A stretch of DNA of 64,000 bases, taken from Vicugna vicugna (taxonomy: Eukaryota). The first letter of the stretch is position 1. The number at the start of each line of letters is the position of its first letter. A program made the position numbers and the translations under genes. Under the pieces are notes generated by a model that did no database searches, had not been told where the DNA came from, and saw only the letters and a program-made list of their open reading frames with translations. Of the stretch, positions 26,380 to 38,970 are shown one piece after another. The stretch is taken from the NCBI GenBank assembly GCA_013265495.1, contig MU057576.1, positions 158,982 through 222,981 on the forward strand, given 5' to 3'.

Positions 26380-27521
26380 CTGGAAAAGTTGGGAGAAAGA
26401 CGGGGGGGGGGGACCTTATTCATGATTGGTTTATGTCCTCAGAGATGGGACCCTAAGAAGTGATCCTGGAAACTAGGTATTGTGTTTCAGAAATCTGAGG
26501 CTTGGAGAGACCAGCAACTTATCCAAATTCTATGTCACAGTGGGCGGGCGGGAAGGCAAGATTCAACTCTAGCACAAAAGTCTGAGATTCTGGCAAGCTC
26601 TGCTCTTAAAACTAAGTAGTGAAAGAGTAGTTTAATACTTGTGGGTGCCCCAAGCATGCCTTGGCAGAAGTGTATAACCTGTTTGTCAACTCTGGAGCGG
26701 AGGGCTACGCCCCACACATGTGACAATCTACTTCCCAGAGGTACTGACTGACATCAGACCCATGTCTAACCCAAAATGTCATCAAAGGCAAAAGGCGCAG
26801 ACTTAAGAGAGGTGCTCTTGGGACTTTACAGGGGTCTCACACTCTCCCTGATATGGGACTAGAGAAAGATCATTCAGCATCTGCCCCACCACAGCAGGGT
26901 CAAGCTGCTCCTCGCCAGCTGCAAAGCTGGGGACAGAGGTTCCCAACGCCAAGCACCAGCGCTGGTGGCGGGACTTCCGCCCGCCTCCTGACCCTCATGT
27001 GGGACTCAGGTTCTTATTTTCACGACACTGATCAGCAAGAGAAACTTGGAACTTCTCAAGGCCCACTCCTTTCACTCAAGCTGTGTAGACTCTGGGCAAG
27101 TTCCTCAACTCCCTGTAACAATCATGGTGACAGCAGGTAACCATCCAGTCGATGAGTCTCTCCGCCCTGCGCACTGCCCAGGCAAGGGGCACAGCTCTGT
27201 CCTTTCAACCTGTAGCTGAGAAGCTTCCAGAGGAGGACTGAGGAACTTCCTGAGTTTAAAATAATTTATTCAAAACATACGTAGGCGAGGGAAGAAAAGA
27301 GAAGAGAAATAGTGATGAGAGGAGACAAAGGGGAAGAGATGGAGACAGATAGGGAACAGTGAAAAGAAAAGAGAATTCAGTATTTCCATACAGGGGGTGA
27401 GTGTGGCAAACTTCTACAAAAGGTCAGAAAATAAAGTACTTTGAACTTGGTGGGTCTTATGGTCCGCTGCAACTACTCTGCTATTATCGTTGACAACAGT
27501 CATAGACAACACGTGAACAAA

Positions 27522-27745
27522 AGGGGGAGGGTGTAGCTCAGTGGTAGAGTGCATGCCTAGCATGCACAAGGTCCTGGGTTCAATCCCCAGTTCCTCCATT
27601 AAAAATAAATAAGCCTTCCCGCATAGTAAGCTGACTATACCTCAATTTAAAAATAAGAAATAAATAAAAATATTAAAAAAAATAAGCTCAATTACCTGCC
27701 CCCCAACAAAATTAAAAAAAATAAATAAAATTTAAATTAAAAAAA
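27522..27745 (+). mobile_element. Vic-1-type SINE with a nested L1 tip (HK2 intron 17)
   Basis: gtagctcagtggtagagt...ggttcaatcccc; A-rich tail. Confidence 0.88.
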
Positions 27746-28188
27746 AAACAAATGTGGATGCATCTCAAAACCGTGAGTGCTGTGTGAGAAGAGCCACTCA
27801 CAGAAGGGAAGGTGCCATATGATTCCCCTGTAAGTCCGAAATTAAGTAAAACTAAACAATGTGGATGCATACATAGATATATGGGGGGTGGGGGTGGTGA
27901 AAGCAAGGGCCTTAGTCACCATGGCACTTTCTCCTGGTGAGGGATGTGATTCTGTGGATGTGAAGGCTGCAGCTGGGAGGGGCTTGCAGGGGCTTCCAAG
28001 CCGGGTGGCGAAACCCAGCCCTACTTCTGGTCATTAATCTTTAAACTATAATATAGACATTATATACACTCTTCGGAATGCCTGATAATTCACCATCAAA
28101 TAGAGAGAGAGAGAGAGAAAACAGTAAGGAAAGAATGGAGAGCTGGAGGGAGACAGATGGGCAGGAGGAGTGGACATCAGGCACTCAC

Positions 28189-28422
28189 TGAGGATGTAGC
28201 TTGTAGAGGGTCCCGTCCACGCCCACAGTCACTTTGAGGGTGTCCAGCCCACGGTTTTCTCGTATTTTGTCCACCACAGCAGCCATGCCGGCACCACAGA
28301 GCTGGGCTGCCCGCCGTGCCACCACGGTGCACACCTCCTTGACAATGATGCTGTCATCACAGGTGCTCTCGAGCCCCAGGTGGTGCAGGATGGCGCGGAC
28401 CTGCAGCAGGGCCAGGCAGTCA
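28189..28422 (-). CDS. HK2: HK2 exon 17 (234 nt) [31 protein letters not shown]...[12 protein letters not shown]
   Basis: cag/gtgagt junctions; translated by hand and open. Confidence 0.96.
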
Positions 28423-28507
28423 CTGGGGCGGGGGGAGACAGCGAGTGGTCAGGCATGTACCGAGAGGGCCGGATGGCCCACCAACCCTGAGAGGTGGGTC
28501 CTGTTCT

Positions 28508-28628
28508 TTTATTTTTATTTATTTTTTTAGTGGGGGAGGCAATCTGGTTTATTTGTAGAGGAGGTACTGGGGATTGAACCCACTGCATGCTAAGCATGCG
28601 CTCTACCACTTGACCTATAACCTCCCCT
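28508..28628 (-). mobile_element. Vic-1-type SINE (intron 16)
   Basis: TSD tcctgttctt. Confidence 0.88.
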
Positions 28629-28760
28629 CAATGGCTCCTGTTCTTAAACTCAGTTCAGGAACTACTGGCCCACATGGACAGGAACACAAAGAAACAGCTC
28701 CCTGTGCCACTCTGTCCAGGCGACGTAACCCACTGCTGCTACAAAACTGACACTCAAGGC

Positions 28761-28888
28761 AGGGAGGGCACAGCTCAAGCAGTAGAGCGCGTGCTTAGCC
28801 TGCACAAGGTCCTTGGTTCAATCCCCAGCACCTCCTCTAAAAATAAATAAACAAACCTAATTATCACTCCCCACCAAAAAAAAAAAAA
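28761..28888 (+). mobile_element. Vic-1-type SINE (intron 16)
   Basis: TSD aaaactgacactcaa/aaatctgacattcaa. Confidence 0.88.
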
Positions 28889-29781
28889 TCTGACATTCAA
28901 AACAAGAGGACATTCACTGTCCATGTGTTCCACTTGCTTGGAAATGGTAAAGGCAGGGATGATGCTCACAGGTGACAAGTTTTCAGCTGCAAAGCCCTTT
29001 CCTGTCCAGGCTCTCATTGTTGGAAGCATCACCAACCGCCATCAGACCCCTGTTCTACTTCTGCTCTCCCAGCTGGGGTGGTCTGAAATCTACATGTGCA
29101 CGAAGTGCAAATGACACTCCAAGGAGAAAAGAAACAAGACGTGCAAGCCAGAACATACTTTGCCTATTCACTAGTGCAGATACCCTCGGTCCCCACTCAT
29201 GTGGGCCATCCAGTTCCCATTTTTCTATATGCCTGAGAGTAATAACACAGTATCAACTTTTAAAAGGCTCTGAAATTCAGCATTCTAATTTGGAGCAGAC
29301 TTTCCCACCATTAGACTGGAGGAAGCAGGCTTTGCTCTAATGAGCTGCCACAAAACAGGTTTCTGTATTGCCTGACTTAATCCTGATTGCCTTGTTACTG
29401 GAGCCAGCAGTTAAGAAGGACCTTCGCGCCGAGCATAAGTGCTTTAGTGGATTACCTTCCTCTGTGCATCCCAGTCTACATTCTATGGGCAGCTCTCTTT
29501 CTTTCTGCCTTTGAAATTGGTCTAAAACCCAACAATACTGCTTTGCACAGGCACATGCCAGCTTCACGTGGTTTTTCAAAAGAATATTATATATTTTCCC
29601 TTAAAATGCCAACTGTCCATAAAGTGCTTTAAAACGGCACTATGGAATGTGTTAGCTACTAAACTGGCCTTTAAGTAAGCCACACCCTGATCCTACCTGA
29701 GCTGTGGAAATCCTTCAGCTCGCCAGTCTGTGAAAAGGAGGAGGTAAATGGCCCCGCCCTATTCCAGGCCCTAAATTCTCA

Positions 29782-30240
<459 letters not shown>

Positions 30241-30464
30241 CTAGGATGCGGTGTCTCAGTCCCTAACGTTGCTGAGAATTTAGCATGCTTTCTCTTCGAC
30301 CTAAGCAGCTATCACTCAGGAAGCCAGTGCCAGCTGAAGCCCCCCAACCCCCCCATCCTGGCCACGAGAACTAAACATGGCTACTCAGTGAGTTGAGGGT
30401 CTTCTGGCTCTGCACAGTGACTTTTCAAAAAAGTCAACGTTCCCAGTTTCAATCAAGACCCCAT

Positions 30465-30760
30465 CAACAGAAACAGACCCACAGACGTAGAATAAAAACA
30501 TGTGGTTGCCGGGGAGAGCGGGGTGGGAGGGGGCAGACTGGGAGTTCGAGGTTGGTGGATACTGACAGGCATATGCAGAACAGATAAACAAGTTTATACT
30601 GCACAGCACAGGGAAGTATATACAAGATCTTGTGGTTGCTCATGGTGAAAAAGAATATGGAAATGAGCACAAGTATATTCATGTGACTGAAACATTGTGC
30701 TGTGCACTGGAAATTGACACAACGCTGTAAACTGACTATAACTCAATTTTTAAAAAAAAC
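30465..30760 (+). mobile_element. L1 3' fragment (intron 15)
   Basis: Homologous to 13240-13533. Confidence 0.88.
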
Positions 30761-31574
30761 CACCACTCAATCTGTCTCGTTTCAGTCTCTTTCATTAATG
30801 CTTCCTGCCTAACCCCTGGAGGCATTTCTCTGTGTCTGTGACCTCTACTACAGAGAAATATTTTGCAAAGAAGGCTCTGCAGAACTCTGGTCCCTGGTTA
30901 ATCCAGTTAGGAAACACTACATGCAACCTCTTGCTCATGGGATGTGTGCTGGATCTTAACACCACGTCCCTCAGCTCAGAGCCCCACCCCCACGCCGGTC
31001 CTAGGGGCTCTCTGACGCTGGGGCTGGTTCCTTGTCCATTTAGACAGTAGACGGCGCTACATTCTTGGTGGATGGACGGAGGAGAAAGAGAGCTGCTCCC
31101 GTCTGCTTCCTGCTCTGGTCTGCCTCAGCCCAGCAATGCTTCCTCCCTCTGATGACAGCAGGTGGTCCAGCTGTCGGTTCTCCCGCAAGTCCCAGAAATA
31201 GGTCTTAACACTCTCCCCTGCCTGTCCTCCCCGCCCTCGGGGTGGGTGCTGCTCTTCCATGTGCTGGCGTCCGTGCTCCGCAGCATCCCTCTAAATCCCA
31301 AATTCCCTATACGAAATGCCCGCTGTAACAGAATCGTTGTGATCTGTTTTCCCCGATGGACTTCAAGAACATCAAAGTCCAGCAGGGGGAAAAGGACTTA
31401 ACCCAGAACTTTCTAGATGTACTTGACAAGAAGCCCTTTCCAAAGAGATCTCTTCTATTAACGTCACAAGAGAACGAGTGTCCTGGGCTTTGCTGTGTAG
31501 AGGGTCTGATCGCTCACCACTAATCCCAGTTCCCGGATCAACACACCAGGGCCCATGGGCAGCTGGGTGCCTAC

Positions 31575-31758
31575 CTCTGTTTGCCCGGGTTGAGGGACAG
31601 CTCATCCACAGCCGCATCAAACTCTGTGCGGAAGTCATCGAGGCAGCCATTGTCCCCGAAGGCCCCCCACTCCATGTTGACGCACATCCGCCCCTCGTCC
31701 CCTTCCACCAGCTCCACATTCCGCATCTCCTCCATGTAGCAGGCGTTGCTGCCCGTGC
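31575..31758 (-). CDS. HK2: HK2 exon 15 (184 nt) [35 protein letters not shown]...NPGKQR
   Basis: cag/gtaggc junctions. Confidence 0.96.
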
Positions 31759-31862
31759 CTGCCGACCGCAGTGACATCCGTCAGGGCCTCGCTCAGCACC
31801 GGCCTCCCACCCAGCCTGGGCTGTGTGTCCCCCACAAGGGAAGGACAGCCCCGGGTCCTTAC

Positions 31863-31962
31863 CAACGATGAGGCCAACTTCACAGTGAGGGTCTTCATAG
31901 CCACAGGTCATCATCGTCCCAACCGTGTCATTCACCACAGCGACCACATCCAGGTCAAACTC
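31863..31962 (-). CDS. HK2: HK2 exon 14 (100 nt) [33 protein letters not shown]
   Basis: cag/gtaagg junctions; C-half catalytic VNDT motif. Confidence 0.96.
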
Positions 31963-32416
31963 CTGAGCAGGCGACAGCAGACCCCCAGTCCCCAGATGAA
32001 CCACAATACTCTCCCTTCGGACATTCGCAAGGGAGATTTAAATGTGTATAAAACTTATCTTATATGGCAGGGCTCATTTTCTCTTTTCATTCAGGCTCAC
32101 CTCCTCAGAGACCTTCCCCTGGATATGCTGTTTACAAGAGTGTCCCTCCCCAGCCCACTCGCTGTGTCTTCACCCAACTTCATTTTCCTTCACAGCTCAA
32201 TAGCACCCGACATCAGCCCATGGCTTTGTTTATGGACCCAGAACTTGCTGCGGTCATTTCCAGATCCAGGGCTTGCTCACAATGGATGCTCATGAACTGC
32301 TGGGGGACTAAGCTGATGCTCCTGATCCTGCCTCTGACCAAAGCAACCACACTCAGCACCTCCCCCAGTTTGGGAACACACAGACCACTTCAGGCCTCCT
32401 GCCACGCCTCTCCCAC

Positions 32417-32512
32417 CTCCCGACGGTGGATGGCTTCCTTCAGCAGCGTGACCACGTCCTCGCCCTCGCAGCCGGACGCCTTGAAGCCTTTAGTCCACTT
32501 GAGGAGGATGCT
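32417..32512 (-). CDS. HK2: HK2 exon 13 (96 nt) [32 protein letters not shown]
   Basis: tag/gtggga junctions; translated by hand. Confidence 0.96.
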
Positions 32513-32643
32513 CTAAAAAAATCACACGTGGACAGGGATGAGGGGAGCAAGAAGGGCCCTTGGGTCATTCCCAGGGGCCTAGCTGTGCCTCTGTTTCTCA
32601 ACCTCACAGGTTAGACAGGTGCCCTTGAATAACCAATCATCTC

Positions 32644-32726
32644 CCTAGCATGCACGAGGTTCTGGGTTCAATCCCCAGTACCTCAATTAAAAACAAATTT
32701 AAAAAATCCAAATTACCTCCCACCAA
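32644..32726 (+). mobile_element. 5'-truncated Vic-1-type SINE
   Basis: 16-bp TSD aataaccaatcatctc. Confidence 0.85.
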
Positions 32727-35540
32727 AATAACCAATCATCTCGCCCACAGATGATCCTAAACCTGTTTCCCCTACTAGGATTACAGAGCGCCTACTATGT
32801 ACCAGGTACTGGGCTAAGCATATCATATGTGTACGTCATTGAATCCTCACGGCAACCTCGGGAAATACTCATCATTATCATGCACATTTTACAGGTAACT
32901 GTGGCTCTGGAGTAACCTGCCCAAGGCCTGCAGCCTGGAGGCGAGGAGGATGCGCCCCCGGGCCCGCCACTTCCAAAGGATGGGCTCGCAAGCACCACAC
33001 AATTGCCCCTGCCAGGGAACAAAGTTCTGTACGCCCGTTTCCTTCACTGGGATAGGCGATTTGCCCTGTCCCTCTACAGAAGGGTCGATTTGTGTCTCTT
33101 AACTTTCCAACTCTAGTAGGAAGCAAGCAAGCAAGTACATTTTGCTGGGTCACAGAGCCTTCCAGGAGCAGATGCATCATGGCTTCTTCGAATGCGGCAT
33201 TTCATGCCCAGAAGTTTCGCACCGCCAGTCAACCTGTATGTGTCATGCTGTGTTCAGGTCCCAGGAGACTCCAAAAAACAAAGTACAATCTCAGCGGTAA
33301 CCTGGTTTACACACCTGTATCCAAACGACCGTGTGCTGACCGCCACCTAATTTTCTTGTCTACAGATTAGCTTCACATCTCTGATGAAATTTTGAACTTG
33401 GCACTCTGAAGTTTACAGAATGTTCGAATAACATTGTTGCAGGTGGTCCTTAATAATTAAGGCAGGCAGAGGCCCCAGCAGCTGCGGAGAGCTGCCCGGC
33501 GCCACCAGCTCGTCCAGGCAGCTTGAGGCCTTTGGACCTCGGCCCCTGCTGGTTTTCCCATCAACAGGGTGATCTCACCAGGGCAGAACCCAGCTTACAG
33601 ACAGAACAACAGACGGAACCCCTATTTCTGCTTCATTTGCTCTTAATTTTCACAATTCTAGACTGAACACGTGCTCCTTACAGAAACTTAGAACATTATA
33701 GAATAAAAGCCAATACAATGACCTGGAAGTTTACAACTCAGGCACAAACAGAAACAGTTAACATGTCTGAGAGTCACCAGATAAATGTATAAACACATAT
33801 ATACACATTGCTATGCTTGAAAATTAAGATCGTGTCTGTCAAAAATGTTTCAGTAGGAAAAATCGAGAAGCATATACACTAGAATGTTATGTTTTTATCT
33901 TTCCTTTAATCGCATTTTTTGTATGTTTCTATATTAAAAAGATTATACTTCTCTTAAAAATATGTTTTAGTCTTTCCACCGATGACTCTTCCCAAATCAT
34001 TGAAATTTCTTCCAAAAAACTAGTCACTGATACAGGGCAGTGAATGACTCACGGTTTAACTATTTCCCACCTGTTGTAACCATTAGGTTTGTTTCTAACG
34101 GCTATTGTAATAAGTAGTGTTTCATTAAATATCCCTACAGTCCTTATCCACATGTTTGATAATTCCTTTCGGCAAATGGATGCAAAAGAGAAGGCTTTGA
34201 AAATCCGATGCCTTGACACCGAAAAGAGTAATACACTGAGACAAAGGTGGACAAGCTAAAAGCCATCCAGACTAGTAACACCGGGCAAATGCTAACAGAT
34301 GTTGGGAGATACTGGAGTAGGTGGGGTGTTTAAGGCAGGACTTCTCAAACCTTCCCTGTACTAGTGCACGTGGCGAATTTAACTCTCAGAGGGGAGGGGT
34401 GCGAGGTATCTACAAAACTCAGCTGACTGATGTAATTAAGGCTCGCTGTTCCGGGGACCCCGTGGGAAATGCAGGCCTTTCCTCATCACTGCTCCAAGCC
34501 CACTTTACCTGGGACGGTTCCCACCTACGTGGCCTCCACACTGCCAGGCCTGCCTGCCTGCCTTCCCCAGCAACTCATTCTTCTGACCAAGTGTTCCTCG
34601 TGCCCTCCGGGTATGTGCTCAGATTTGCGTCACCCTCAGGGCTTCATCGCCCTGCTGGTGCCACGTTTCAAAGAGCAGCTCGTACAGTTCTGAGCTTGCT
34701 TCATCCGTCCAGTTTGTTTGTAAGCACCTAAAGCAGGAACTTTAGCACCTCCTGTACCCCGACAACTCCACCCGCGGCATATGTCCCCTTGTACCAAGCT
34801 TCTGTAACACTGATCAAGACACAGAGGAACAAATGCTTAAATAATAGTATTCTGATCTCTGACATACCACTCAGCCACCCTGAGCGAGTCTCAGCATTGC
34901 CTATCCAGCCATCCTAACTTCAACACACCACGCCCAGCACACGTGGGAGCACCAGATCTTTACCATCTGCTTCATCCAGCCAAGGCAGCTGACAGGGAAT
35001 GAAAAGCAAAGGTGAGACTAGAGAAACACCAGGGCATACAAACAACAGGAGATGGAGGGAAATGTCCTGAGCCCAAAGCAGGGGCCCCAGGAGCAGCTGA
35101 GCCCTAACTGACAGCCTGGGCTCAGGTGTCAGGAAACCAGAATGAAATCACGGCTTGGCCGCTCCCATGCTCTATGACCTGGTGCAAGAAACCCGGCATT
35201 TCTGAAGACCTTGTTTTCCTTTCTGCAAAGTGGGTATAAAAACAACTACCTTGTATGGTTGCTGTGAGGGTTAAATGAGATACATGAGAAGCCTAGAATA
35301 AAGGGCTTAAAAGATGACAGTTGTGAATATTTTGATTAGCATCATCATCATCATCCCAAAGACTGCTCCCTACTTGACCCACCCCCACCGGCTCTGACTT
35401 ACCTATTCCCATCCCTCCCCCAGGACCAGTCACTCACGCCCTCCTTCCCTTCCTCTCAGCTCAGCCTTCTCCCCCGCCCCACACTCTGGCCCATCAGAGT
35501 CAGGACAGCCCATAGGAGACCCTCCAGGAAGGCATCTTAC

Positions 35541-35660
35541 CTCGTCCAGGCTGTTCTGCTGGCAGGGGAAGGAGAAGGTGAACCCCAGAGGCAGGGACAC
35601 GCCCTTCATGCCCATGTACTCCAGGAAGTCGGCAATGCACTGGACAATGTGGTCAAAGAG
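35541..35660 (-). CDS. HK2: HK2 exon 12 (120 nt) [40 protein letters not shown]
   Basis: cag/gtaaga junctions. Confidence 0.96.
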
Positions 35661-35679
35661 CTGCAAGGGAAAGTCGGGC

Positions 35680-36250
35680 TCTGATGGGGGGGACGAGGGG
35701 CGCCCCCCGCCTGGGCAGGCTGCCCCCTGAGCACGACCAGCCTGGGGCCTCCACCCAGGAGGTACGCTAGCTCGGCACATGCAAACCTCAGTAAAGGCCA
35801 GCCCAGGGCCCTGGCCCGCCGAGCCCTCCCTGGGAACACGGGGGAGCAGAGAAAGCACTGTCCTCCCTGGCGAGAAGGGGGTGTCCCCGGGGGCCCCCAC
35901 CCGCGGTGCCGCCGCCTCACCTCGTCCCCTGTGCCGTGCATGACCTCCTGCGGGATGGAGTAGATCTTGTTGTGCATCTCCACTCCGCGCCGCTTCCCAT
36001 TCCGCACGCGCACCAGCAGGACTCGGAAGTTGGTGCCTCCCAGGTCCAAGGCCAGGAAGTCACCTTTCTCTGGAAAATAAGCCCAGGAAGATGATGCACT
36101 GGGGCCAGACAGCGACCGTCTAAAGCACCGTCCCCTCACGGGGAGCTCTCCCCGGCGGCCCTGGGCAGCCCCGGGGCGGGGTCTGCGAGCGCCACCTAAC
36201 GGTAAAGACAGTAAGGCCCCCCGGGGACCAGAGACCCGCGGGCTCTTTAG
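35680..36250. promoter_or_regulatory. Intragenic CpG-rich island-like region around exon 11, with a CTCF-like motif at ~36188-36204
   Basis: High GC with many intronic CpGs; AGCGCCACCTAACGG resembles the CTCF core. Confidence 0.45.
35921..36069 (-). CDS. HK2: HK2 exon 11 (149 nt) [50 protein letters not shown]
   Basis: cag/gtgagg junctions; C-half DLGGTNFR motif. Confidence 0.96.
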
Positions 36251-36751
36251 TGGTTCTCGAATGATGTCAAGTGGAGGGACCTCAGGAGTCCCCAAAAGCC
36301 CCAGAACACAGGAAGGAAATGGTGACACAGTAACTCAAAAATATCCAAACGCACAATCTGTGCTAAATCAGAGGCCGCCTTCTGTTAGGGTCTAGAATAC
36401 AGAAGCAACAGCAGAGTCCAGCTCTTTAAAGGGAACTGAAGGAAAATCTTTCTGAATGGGGAAACCCTCCTTTGCAGGACAGACACAATGCACTACGTGC
36501 CTCACACACAGGCTCTATGCAACCCTCAGAGGGAGGCGCTGCATTCCCCTCTGATGGCAGAGCAAGGCCTGGCTGAGCTGTATGGAGTCAGTCACTGGCT
36601 CAGGGCCACACAGCCAGGATTGGGTGGAGCCAGGACCAAGCCCCAGTCTCCAGTTCTGAAACCTGGACCAGCCGAGCTACACTGGCCTGCTCAAGAGTCA
36701 TTTTTCTGAATTGGAAAAAGACCTCCATTACTTGGATTGCAAGACTTACAG

Positions 36752-36975
36752 TAAGGAGTCAGCCATCTTTTCCTGTAAAGGGCTGAGCAGTAACCATCTT
36801 GGGCCTTGTGAGCAATTGTCTGTTGCTATCATACAACTTTGCCATGGCAGCACAAAGCAGCCACAAGGGCCATACTTATGCAATGGACTTGGCTATGTAC
36901 TAATAAAACTTTATTTAAAACAATAGGCAGTGGGCCAGATTTAGCCCCTGGACTTTAATTTGCCAACCCTTGACC
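36752..36975. mobile_element. MER58-like hAT-Charlie MITE
   Basis: ttttcctgtaaagggc...taataaaactttattta...ggccagatttagccc...ttgccaacccttg. Confidence 0.7.
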
Positions 36976-37405
36976 CTGGAACCAAAATTCCTGGCTTTGA
37001 ATGCCAGCTCTGCCATCTCCCAGCTGTGTGAAGAGGTTTCTTAATTTCTTGGTGCCTAAGTTTTGTGCAAAATATTCATAGCTCATTAGCAAACCAAATT
37101 AACTACCAATCTCTATTAACAGGTGAAGATTAAATGAATTAATATGTGTAAGCTGCTTAGAGACGTGTTTGACACAGAGGAAGCATTCATGAAGTATTTA
37201 CATATTAGTACTGTTCAGATTTTAGCAGAGGAATGCCTTGGTTGAGCTCACTGGTCATTAGAATTTCCCAGGACTAGAGCCGAAAAAACATGTTTAACCG
37301 TCTGGTCCAAGCACCCAGCGCTGAGGCTCAGGGAGTCCTCCTGGAGTGTTCAGCATCAGGACAGAGGCCCACCGTGGTGAGCCGGGTGGCTGCCCCGCCA
37401 CATAC

Positions 37406-37709
37406 CTGTGCCATCAGGGGTGGCACACACGTAGGTGGGTAGCATCTTGACGGGGGCAACAGCATGAGTCTCCTTGCTCAGACCTCGCTCCATTTCTTCC
37501 TTCATCCTCCTCTTGACCTCCAGCAGCTGCTCGCGGCTCAGCTTCAGAGATCCAGGGTCTTCTGGCGGGCTCGGTGCTGATCGGCCAGCCGGTAGGCCAC
37601 TGCTGTCACCATGGCAGCCCCCTTGCCGCTGCCATCCTCAGAGCGGAGGAAGCGGATGTCACAGTCAGGCACCAGGCGCCGTACGGTCTTGTGAAGACGC
37701 TTGGCAAAA
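37406..37709 (-). CDS. HK2: HK2 exon 10 (304 nt as assembled, 305 expected): [13 protein letters not shown]...RARQKTL[E][13 protein letters not shown]...VCATPDGT, with an apparent 1-nt deletion at 37550/37551
   Basis: tag/gtatgt junctions; both sides translate to HK2 but in different frames. Confidence 0.93.
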
Positions 37710-37796
37710 CTACAGTCACAGAAGCAGTGTCCACAGTTAGGGTCAGTGGTACAAATGGTTGGGGCCGTACCTCACCGCCTCAGCCCACAGTGGTAC

Positions 37797-37969
37797 CCTA
37801 ACATCCTTTCCCTATCTTCTTTCCTGAGTAAGGGGTGACTGTCTAAAAGCTCAGATATTCAACTGCGGCCACCCAGCTAAAAACCTAATATCCTTTCCCT
37901 ATCTTCTTTCCTGAGTAAGGGGTGACTGTCTAAAAGCTCAGATATTCAACTGTGGCCACCCAGCTAAAA
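37797..37969. repeat. 87-bp-period tandem duplication in intron 9
   Basis: Units start at 37797 and 37884 and differ by 2 substitutions. Confidence 0.9.
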
Positions 37970-38736
37970 GGAAAAGCCCCTTCTGGGAAGCCATTATCTC
38001 CTGCGTGCAGTCACGGAAGACCTCCCCCCGTTCCCACAGGCCACAGCCCCTCTGCCCAACTTAGTGGTTCTTTGATGGGGCAGCCCAGGGAAACCAGGTG
38101 ATTCTGACACCAACTACTGTTCACGTTTCATTGCTCATTTCATTGGATGCTGCCGAGGAAAGGCCCAGAAAGGAAAAAGTCGAAACGCTCTTCTTAACTT
38201 TGGCCCCTAAAGTTTCTGAAGCACTGGATGAGGAGACCAGGGAATGGAAGGGCTGAGACCTTCTGCACCGACCTTCAGCTAATGGAGGCCCACTGATGGG
38301 GCACTCATGCGAGGTGAAAATGATGGGACGGTAAATGGGCACAAGAGAGATATCCTGCAGGTCCCAGCTGAAATTTGAATATTCTAGCCCTTATGACCAA
38401 AGGATCAAAACGTGGAGCGTAGAGCAGGATTACCTCAATAGCCAAGTGAATAAAAAAAAAAGAGGGTGGCAGAAAGTGATCCCAAATACCAGGAGAGCTT
38501 TGAGTAGACCCCTGGTCATTGGCAGCCTTCAGAAATCGCCTCCACCCACACCAAGGACGATGCACTCCCAGCCCCCACCTGCCCAACTGGGAACTTTTCT
38601 TCTACCAAGAACCTCAACGCTGTGGTCCATCTCCACCAGCCCACAATGCAAAACAGAGTTTCCAGGGAGTCCAGACTGGCAAGTCTCCCCCCGCCCTGAG
38701 AGCTCTGTCACTGGGGGCCCCGGCATGCCGGCTCAC

Positions 38737-38970
38737 TGTGGGTGCTTCTTGTAGACAGAGCCGTCCACCCCGATGGTGGAGCGCAGCCGCTCCGCGTCTT
38801 TGTTCTCCTTGATGCGCCGCAGCACGGCCGCCAGCGTGGCTGCACACAGGCTGGCCGAGCGTGTGGACACGATCTGGCAGACCCGGTGAGTGGCCACGCA
38901 GTCCTCCTGGGTCGGGTCCAGGCCCAGCCGCATCAGGATCTCGCGGGCCTTCTGGATGCCATCCTTCTCC
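38737..38970 (-). CDS. HK2: HK2 exon 9 (234 nt) [24 protein letters not shown]...[12 protein letters not shown]
   Basis: cag/gtgagc junctions; matches ORF 38733-39032. Confidence 0.96.

Noticed and set aside
27522..27600. tRNA-like sequences as tRNA genes
   Set aside because: SINE heads with A-rich tails and TSDs
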